DNA of 64,000 bases from Escherichia phage N2. The first letter of the stretch is position 1, and every line of letters begins with the position of its first letter. Positions 58,001 to 64,000 of this stretch are shown in pieces. The position numbers and the translations under genes were made by a program. The stretch is from sequence record ON645936.1, one strand, 5' to 3'. The notes below the pieces were generated by a model. It saw only the letters and a list, made by a program, of their open reading frames with translations. It ran no database searches and was not told where the DNA came from.

Positions 58001-58955
58001 GAATCAATTTAGTGGGGAATCAAACACAACACGTTCTACCGTATTTGAAGTTAGTGATGAAACATCTTATCACTTTTATTCTCAACGCGATAAAGATGGT
58101 AATATAGCATTTAGCATTAATGGTACTGTAATGCCAATAAATGTGAATGCTTTAGGTTCTTTGAACGCGAACGGCGTTGCAACATTCGGTAGTTCAGTTA
58201 CTGCTAATGGCGAATTTATCAGTAAATCGTCGAATGCTTTTAGAGCAATAAACGGTGATTATGGATTCTTTATTCGTAATGATGCTGCTAACACCTATTT
58301 TATGCTTACTGCATCTGGCGATCAGACTGGTGGATTTAATGGATTACGTCCATTATCAATTAATAATCAATCTGGTCAAGTAACGATTGGTGAAAGCTTA
58401 ATCATTGCCAAAGGTGCTACTATAACTTCAGGTGGTTTAACTGTCAACTCGAGAATTCGTTCTCAGGGTACTAAAACCGCTGATTTATACACCCGTGCAC
58501 CGACATCTGATACTGTAGGATTCTGGTCAATCGATATTAACGATTCAGCTACTTATAACCAATTCCCGGGTTATTTTAAAATGGTTGAAAAAACTAATGA
58601 AGTGACTGGACTTCCATACTTAGAACGTGGCGAAGAGGTTAAATCTCCTGGTACATTGACTCAGTTTGGTAACACACTCGATTCGCTTTACCAAGATTGG
58701 ATTACTTATCCAACGACCCCAGAAGCGCGCACCACTCGCTGGACACGTACATGGCAGAAAACCAAAAATTCTTGGTCAAGCTTTGTTCAGGTATTTGATG
58801 GAGGTAACCCTCCTCAGCCATCTGATATCGGTGCTTTACCATCTGATAATGCTACAATGGGGAATCTTACTATTCGTGATTTCTTACGAATTGGTAATGT
58901 TCGCATTGTTCCTGACCCAGTGAATAAATCTGTTAAATTTGAATGGGTTGAATAA
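55083..58955 (+). CDS. 34: long tail fibre proximal subunit gp34
   Basis: 1290-aa ORF with internal repeats; late promoter upstream. Confidence 0.95.
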   Translation: MAEIKRKFRAEDGLDAGGDKIINVALADRTVGTDGVNVDYLIQENTVQQYDPTRGYLKDFVIIYDNRFWAAINDIPKPAGAFNSVRWRSLRTDANWTTVSSGPYQLKSGESISVDTAAGNDITFTLPSSPIDGDTIVLQDIGGKPGVNQVLITAPVQSIVNFRGQQVRSVLMTHPKSQIVLIFSNRLWQMYVADYSREAAIVTPASLYQAQSNDFIVRRFTSAAPINIKLPRFANHGDIINFVDLDKLNPLYHTIVTTYDETTSIQEVGTHSIEGRTTIDGFLMFDDNEKLWRLFDGDSKARLRIITTNSNIRPNEEVMVFGANNGTTQTIELQLPTDISIGDTVKISMNYMRKDQTVKIKAAGEDKIASSVQLLQFPKRSEYPPEAEWVTVQELVFNGETNYVPVLELAYIEDSDGKYWVVQQNVPTVERVDSLNDSTRARLGVIALATQAQANVDLENSPQKELAITPETLANRTATETRRGIARIATTAQVNQNTTFSFADDIIITPKKLNERTATETRRGVAEIATQQETNAGTDDTTIITPKKLQARQGSESLSGIVTFVSTAGATPASSRELNGTNVYNKNTNNLVVSPKALDQYKATPTQQGAVILAVESEVIAGQSQEGWANAVVTPETLHKKTSTDARIGLIEIATQSEVNTGTDYTRAVTPKTLNDRKATESLSGIAEIATQVEFDAGVDDTRISTPLKIKTRFNSTDRTSVVALSGLVESGTLWDHYTLNILEANETQRGTLRVATQVEAAAGTLDNVLITPKKLLGTKSTEAQEGVIKVATQSETVVGTSANTAVSPKNLKWIVQSEPTWAATTLVRGFVKTSSGSITFVGNDTVGSTQSLELYEKNSYAVSPYELNRVLANYLPLKAKAVDSNLLDGLDSSQFIRRDIAQTVNGSLTLTQQTNLSAPLVSSSTATFGGSVSANSTLTISNTDGTATRLIFEKGPQTGTNPAQTMTVSVWGNQFSGESNTTRSTVFEVSDETSYHFYSQRDKDGNIAFSINGTVMPINVNALGSLNANGVATFGSSVTANGEFISKSSNAFRAINGDYGFFIRNDAANTYFMLTASGDQTGGFNGLRPLSINNQSGQVTIGESLIIAKGATITSGGLTVNSRIRSQGTKTADLYTRAPTSDTVGFWSIDINDSATYNQFPGYFKMVEKTNEVTGLPYLERGEEVKSPGTLTQFGNTLDSLYQDWITYPTTPEARTTRWTRTWQKTKNSWSSFVQVFDGGNPPQPSDIGALPSDNATMGNLTIRDFLRIGNVRIVPDPVNKSVKFEWVE

Positions 58956-58963
58956 GAGGTATT

Positions 58964-60079
58964 ATGGAAAAATTTATGGCAGAGTTTGGACAAGGATATG
59001 TCCAAACGCCATTTTTATCGGAAAGCAATTCAGTAAGATACAAAATAAGCATAGCGGGTTCTTGCCCGCTTTCTACAGCAGGACCATACGTTAAATTTCA
59101 GGATAATCCTATCGGAAGTCAAACATTTAGCGCAGGACTTCATTTAAGAGTTTTTGACCCTTCTACAGGAGCATTAGTTGATAGTAAGTCATATGCTTTT
59201 TCGACTTCAAATGATACTACATCAGCTGCTTTTGTTAGTTTCATGAATTCTTTTTCAAACAACAGACTTGTTGCTATATTAACCAGCGGAAAGGTTAATT
59301 TTCCTCCTGAGGTAGTATCTTGGCTAAGAGCCGCGGGAACGTCTGCTTTTCCATCTGATTCTATATTGTCAAGATTTGACGTATCATATGCTGCTTTTTA
59401 CACTTCTTCTAAAAGAGCTATTGCATTAGAGCATGTTAAACTGAGCAACAGAAAAAGCACAGATGACTATCAAACTATTTTAGATGTGGTGTTTGACAGT
59501 TTAGAAGACGTTGGAGCTACCGGCTTTCCAAGAAGAACGTATGAAAGCGTTGAGCAATTTATGTCAGCGGTTGGTGGAACTAATAACGAAATTGCGCGAT
59601 TGCCAACTTCAGCTGCCATAAGTAAATTATCTGATTATAATTTAATTCCTGGTGATGTTCTTTATCTTAAAACACAGCTATACGCCGATGCTGATTTACT
59701 TGCGCTTGGAACCACAAATATATCTATCCGTTTTTATAATGCATCAAATGGATATATTTCTTCAACACAAGCTGAGTTTACCGGGCAAGCTGGGTCTTGG
59801 GAATTAAAAGAAGATTATGTAGTTGTTCCAGAAAACGCTGTGGGATTTACGATATATGCACAAAGAACTGCACAAGCTGGCCAAGGTGGCATGAGAAATT
59901 TAAGCTTTTCTGAAGTATCAAGAAACGGCGGTATTTCAAAACCTGCTGAATTTGGCGTCAATGGTATTCGTGTTAATTATATCTGTGAATCTGCTTCACC
60001 TCCGGATATAATGGTACTTCCTACACAAGCATCGTCTAAAACTGGTAAAGTGTTTGGGCAAGAATTTAGAGAAGTATAA
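58964..60079 (+). CDS. 35: long tail fibre hinge connector gp35
   Basis: 371-aa ORF; synteny. Confidence 0.9.
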   Translation: MEKFMAEFGQGYVQTPFLSESNSVRYKISIAGSCPLSTAGPYVKFQDNPIGSQTFSAGLHLRVFDPSTGALVDSKSYAFSTSNDTTSAAFVSFMNSFSNNRLVAILTSGKVNFPPEVVSWLRAAGTSAFPSDSILSRFDVSYAAFYTSSKRAIALEHVKLSNRKSTDDYQTILDVVFDSLEDVGATGFPRRTYESVEQFMSAVGGTNNEIARLPTSAAISKLSDYNLIPGDVLYLKTQLYADADLLALGTTNISIRFYNASNGYISSTQAEFTGQAGSWELKEDYVVVPENAVGFTIYAQRTAQAGQGGMRNLSFSEVSRNGGISKPAEFGVNGIRVNYICESASPPDIMVLPTQASSKTGKVFGQEFREV

Positions 60080-60084
60080 ATTGA

Positions 60085-60107
60085 GGGAGCCTTCGGGTTC
60101 CCTTTTT
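60085..60107 (+). terminator. terminator after gene 35
   Basis: GGGAGCC-UUCG-GGUUCCC followed by TTTTT. Confidence 0.65.
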
Positions 60108-60110
60108 CTT

Positions 60111-60118
60111 TATAAATA
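60111..60118 (+). promoter_or_regulatory. late promoter TATAAATA (gene 36)
   Basis: Exact octamer after gene 35 terminator. Confidence 0.75.
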
Positions 60119-60141
60119 CTATTAAAATAAAGGGGCATACA

Positions 60142-60807
60142 ATGGCTGATTTAAAAGTAGGTTCAACAACTGGAGGCTCTGTCATTTGGCATCAAGGAAA
60201 TTTTCCATTGAATCCAGCCGGTGACGATGTACTCTATAAATCATTTAAAATATATTCAGAATATAATAAACCACAAGCTGCTGATAACGATTTCGTTTCT
60301 AAAGCTAATGGTGGTACTTATGCGTCAAAGGTAACATTTAACGGCGGCGTGCAAATACCATATGCTATAAACAATACAAACCAAAGCGGTATTTATCCTG
60401 GCAATGGTGATGCTGCTACTTTTGATACAGCAAATATTGATATTGTTTCATGGTATGGTATTGGTTTTAAATCATCACAGGGTTCAGCAGCCAGAACTGT
60501 AGTAATCAATACACGTAATGGTGATATTAGTACAAAAGGTGTTGTATCCGCTGCAGGTCAAGTAAGAAGTGATATGCCGACGCCAATTGCAGCGAATGAC
60601 CTTACTAGAAAGGACTATGTTGATGGAGCAATAAATACTGTTACGGCAAATGCGAACTCTAGGGTGTTGCGTTCTGGTGACACTATGATTGGTAATTTAA
60701 CCGCACCAAACTTTTTCTCGCAGAATCCTGCATCTCAACCTTCTCACGTTCCACGATTTGACCAAATCGTAATTAAGGATTCTGTTCAAGATTTCGGCTA
60801 TTATTAA
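60142..60807 (+). CDS. 36: long tail fibre distal connector gp36
   Basis: 221-aa ORF; late promoter upstream. Confidence 0.9.
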   Translation: MADLKVGSTTGGSVIWHQGNFPLNPAGDDVLYKSFKIYSEYNKPQAADNDFVSKANGGTYASKVTFNGGVQIPYAINNTNQSGIYPGNGDAATFDTANIDIVSWYGIGFKSSQGSAARTVVINTRNGDISTKGVVSAAGQVRSDMPTPIAANDLTRKDYVDGAINTVTANANSRVLRSGDTMIGNLTAPNFFSQNPASQPSHVPRFDQIVIKDSVQDFGYY

Positions 60808-60815
60808 GAGGACTT

Positions 60816-63800
60816 ATGGCTACTTTAAAACAAATACAATTTAAAAGAAGCAAAACCGCAGGTGCACGTCCTGCTGCTTCAGTATTAGCCGAAGGTGAAT
60901 TGGCTATAAACTTAAAAGATAGAACAATTTTTACTAAAGATGATACAGGAAATATCATTGACTTAAGCATTTCTGCTGGTGGTAATATCAGTGGAAATAT
61001 CACTCAAACCGGAGATTATACACAGACTGGAAAATTTAATTTAATTGGTCCGCAAATTGTAGCAAGCGGTGGATATATTGAGTTTAATTATCGTACGACT
61101 GGAAGCGGCTCGTGGTCTGGTCAACACGCTGCAAAAGCTCCAATTTTTGTAGATTTGAGCTCCGCTCTTTCCACATCTGAATATAATCCTATAATTAAAC
61201 AGCGCTTTAAAGATGGAACTTTTTCTGTTGGTACGTTAGTAAATGAAGGAAGTTTTAAGATTCATTATATCAATGAATCGGGAACTTCAAAATACTGGAC
61301 ATTTCGTAGAGATGGTGGATTTGTTGTTGATACAGGAAGTTTGACAGTATCAGATGGTAATATTTCTGCATCAGGCAATATTAACTCGGCAACTGGATTT
61401 GTTTCTGCACCACGCGTCAATACAAAAAATATTAACTTGAGTTCTAAAACCTTTATCACGAATAATGACGCGGGTTATGACATTGTTTCTTTACCTACCT
61501 GGGTTTATAACCCACCGGCCGATGGTTCCGACAATACTACAAATGGATTGAACTATTTGCGTAAATTACGTGCATCAAGTGCAGCAAGTATTTTCCATGA
61601 AATTGCCGATTGCCGAAAAGGTAAGCCACAAGAAATTTCTTGGTGGACAGGCGTAGGCCCGGAATCTTTCCTATGGGCGTTTGATATCTCCGGTCGTATT
61701 ACTGCAGGTAAATCTATTTCAGTAGGTCTTCCTGATAACGGTGCAAATGGACGTTATCCTTTAGATTCTGCCATTTCTATCGGTATTGCAATTGGTGATA
61801 ATGACACCGGTATTAAATGGGTCCGCGATGGCGTTTATGACCTGATGGCTAACGGTATTTCATCCGCTACCATTTTGAACAACGGTATTAATAGTACTAA
61901 AAAATTGATGGTTGGTTATAGCCGCGATTCTGGTACTACTTGGGATTACCCAAATAACAACCAAGCAATGTTTACTGCGCGTACCGATGTTGATGGTAAT
62001 AATAACGGCGATGGTCAGACTCATATCGGTTATAACAGTAATTCTAAAATGTATCACTATTTCCGTGGCACGGGTCGTATGTCTGTTAGCATGGGCGATG
62101 GACTTCTTGTTGAGCCAGGTATTTTAGATATTAAAACTGGGTCTAATAGAGTTGCTATTAGAGCAGATGGTACATTTGACTCAACTCAACGTATTTCAAT
62201 GCGTACGGGCTTGTTTTTAAATGGTGATGATAATACCAATGCTTTGTCATTTAAAGCTCCTTCCGGTGTAGATGGTACCAAAACTATTAACTGGGATGCA
62301 GGCACTCGTAACGGACAGAATAAAAATACTGTTTCAATTAAAGCATGGGGTAATGCCTTTAACTCAGTTCCCGGTATTAGAGAAACTGTATTTGAAGTAT
62401 ATGATTCACAAGGTTATTATTTTTATTCACAACGCCAGCGCCCAGAAGGTTCTGAAACTGTTGGGCCCGTTGTAACCCAGTTCAATGGACCAGTTAATGC
62501 TAACGGCTCTATTAGCACTGCAGGAAATCTTAAAGTTGATGGTTTAAGCACTTTAAACGGTAATGTTACAATGAAGAACGGCTTGTTTGTCCAAGGTGGT
62601 TCTTCTATTACCGGACAAGTAAAAATTGGTGGAACAGCTGATGCATTAAGAATTTGGAATGCCGAATACGGTGCTATTTTCCGTCGCTCAGAAACAGCAT
62701 TACATATTATCCCGACTCCTAAAGATGCTGGTGAAAGTGGTGGAATAAGTAATCTCCGCCCATTAAGTATTAGTCTTAATAATGGTATGGTACAAATGCG
62801 TCATTCGGTTACATTAGGCGACGATGGATTAGGCGGCAATATGGTTACTATTGATAATGATAGTAAACTTGTTGTGATAACTTCTAATACCAGATTAAGC
62901 CCTAATTTCCGCATGCAAATAGGCCACTCGTCTTATATTGATGTTGAATGCACTAACTCTGTTCGCCCGGCAGGTGCTGGTTCGTTTGCTTCACAGAATA
63001 ACGAAAATGTTCGTGCACCGTTCTATATGAATATCGACCGTGGTGATAATAGTACTTATATTCCAATTTTGAAGCAACGTTACGTTCAAGGAGATAGTAC
63101 TTATTCTATTGGCACCTTAATTTCTCAAGGAGACTTCCGCGTACATTATCACCAGGGCACTAGTACTACCGGAACTGATATAAGTTGGGAATTCCGTCGT
63201 ACTGGTGACTTCCGCACACCTGGTAAAATTATTGCCGGTGCTGCTACTCTTGGCACTGATGGCAATATTACGGGTGGTTCTGGTAACTTTGCTAACTTAA
63301 ACAGTACAATTGAATCACTTAAAACTGATATTGTTTCAAGTTATCCTATTGGAGCTCCAATTCCATGGCCAACGGATACTCCTCCTGACGGTTACGCTAT
63401 TATGGAAGGTCAGACTTTTGATAAGTCTGCATATCCAAAGCTAGCTGTTGCATATCCTAGCGGTGTTATTCCAGATATGCGCGGGCAGACTATCAAGGGT
63501 AAACCAAGCGGTCGTGATGTTTTGAGCGCAGAAGCAGATGGTGTTAAGGCTCATAGCCATAGTGCATCTGCTTCAAATACTGACTTAGGCACTAAAACCA
63601 CATCAAGCTTTGACTATGGTACGAAGAACACTAATAGTACTGGTGCTCACACTCACTCTGTAAGTGGTACAACAAGTGCTGCTGGTAACCACGCTCATCA
63701 CTTAGGTCTACTATTAGTTATCGGCGATGATGCTTTGTACGGTTATACAACCATTGGTAACAGTCTACCTAGAACACTTGACTGGCTTGACAAAGAGACA

Positions 63801-63890
63801 ATAAGTTCCCTAACACTAACACAACTGGTAACCATACACACACATGGTCTGGTACTACAAGCGGTGCTGGTGACCATTCCCACTCTGTAG
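60816..63890 (+). CDS. 37: long tail fibre distal subunit gp37; reading frame breaks near 63791-63812 and the His-box tip continues in another frame to the window end
   Basis: 1024-aa ORF; remaining HxH-box sequence ..[58 protein letters not shown] is read in the frame of codon 63791. Confidence 0.85.
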   Translation: MATLKQIQFKRSKTAGARPAASVLAEGELAINLKDRTIFTKDDTGNIIDLSISAGGNISGNITQTGDYTQTGKFNLIGPQIVASGGYIEFNYRTTGSGSWSGQHAAKAPIFVDLSSALSTSEYNPIIKQRFKDGTFSVGTLVNEGSFKIHYINESGTSKYWTFRRDGGFVVDTGSLTVSDGNISASGNINSATGFVSAPRVNTKNINLSSKTFITNNDAGYDIVSLPTWVYNPPADGSDNTTNGLNYLRKLRASSAASIFHEIADCRKGKPQEISWWTGVGPESFLWAFDISGRITAGKSISVGLPDNGANGRYPLDSAISIGIAIGDNDTGIKWVRDGVYDLMANGISSATILNNGINSTKKLMVGYSRDSGTTWDYPNNNQAMFTARTDVDGNNNGDGQTHIGYNSNSKMYHYFRGTGRMSVSMGDGLLVEPGILDIKTGSNRVAIRADGTFDSTQRISMRTGLFLNGDDNTNALSFKAPSGVDGTKTINWDAGTRNGQNKNTVSIKAWGNAFNSVPGIRETVFEVYDSQGYYFYSQRQRPEGSETVGPVVTQFNGPVNANGSISTAGNLKVDGLSTLNGNVTMKNGLFVQGGSSITGQVKIGGTADALRIWNAEYGAIFRRSETALHIIPTPKDAGESGGISNLRPLSISLNNGMVQMRHSVTLGDDGLGGNMVTIDNDSKLVVITSNTRLSPNFRMQIGHSSYIDVECTNSVRPAGAGSFASQNNENVRAPFYMNIDRGDNSTYIPILKQRYVQGDSTYSIGTLISQGDFRVHYHQGTSTTGTDISWEFRRTGDFRTPGKIIAGAATLGTDGNITGGSGNFANLNSTIESLKTDIVSSYPIGAPIPWPTDTPPDGYAIMEGQTFDKSAYPKLAVAYPSGVIPDMRGQTIKGKPSGRDVLSAEADGVKAHSHSASASNTDLGTKTTSSFDYGTKNTNSTGAHTHSVSGTTSAAGNHAHHLGLLLVIGDDALYGYTTIGNSLPRTLDWLDKETISSLTLTQLVTIHTHGLVLQAVLVTIPTL

Positions 63891-64000
63891 GTATTGGTGC
63901 TCATACCCACACGGTAGCGATTGGTTCGCATGGTCATACTATCACTGTAAATAGTACAGGTAATACAGAAAACACGGTTAAAAACATTGCTTTTAACTAT

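Overview
The window is a contiguous segment of a T4-like (T-even, Tevenvirinae) myovirus genome. Protein identities were assigned by reading the supplied ORF translations and by conserved T4 gene order; no database search was run. Plus strand, 1-12.9 kb: the late morphogenesis block gp15 (3' part), terminase 16/17, tail sheath 18, tail tube 19, portal 20, prohead core 67/68, protease 21, scaffold 22, major capsid 23 and vertex 24. Then rnlB, hoc, inh (minus), uvsW (plus), uvsY (minus), baseplate genes 25/26 (minus) and 51-27-28-29-48-54 (plus). 26.6-54.9 kb is a long minus-strand early/middle block: alt, DNA ligase 30, the 30.x ORFs, rIII, 31, cd, pseT, a spanin pair, alc, rnlA, denA, nrdB, nrdA, td, frd, 32, 59, 33, dsbA and rnh. 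The window ends with long-tail-fibre genes 34-35-36-37 (plus). Regulation looks typical for T4: many TATAAATA late promoters, GTTTAC-N17 early promoters, a MotA-box middle promoter, GC-rich tetraloop hairpins and frequent start/stop overlaps. The accessory content is the most interesting part: td is split by a 254-nt ORF-less group I intron; an I-TevI-like GIY-YIG endonuclease gene sits free-standing on the opposite strand behind its own late promoter; a 530-aa multidomain putative nuclease lies between nrdB and nrdA; an HNH endonuclease is inserted between genes 18 and 19; an extra ORF separates frd from td; and gene 37 shows an apparent frameshift before its His-box tip. No tRNA, rRNA or CRISPR array was seen. 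Boundaries of short regulatory motifs may be off by a base or two.
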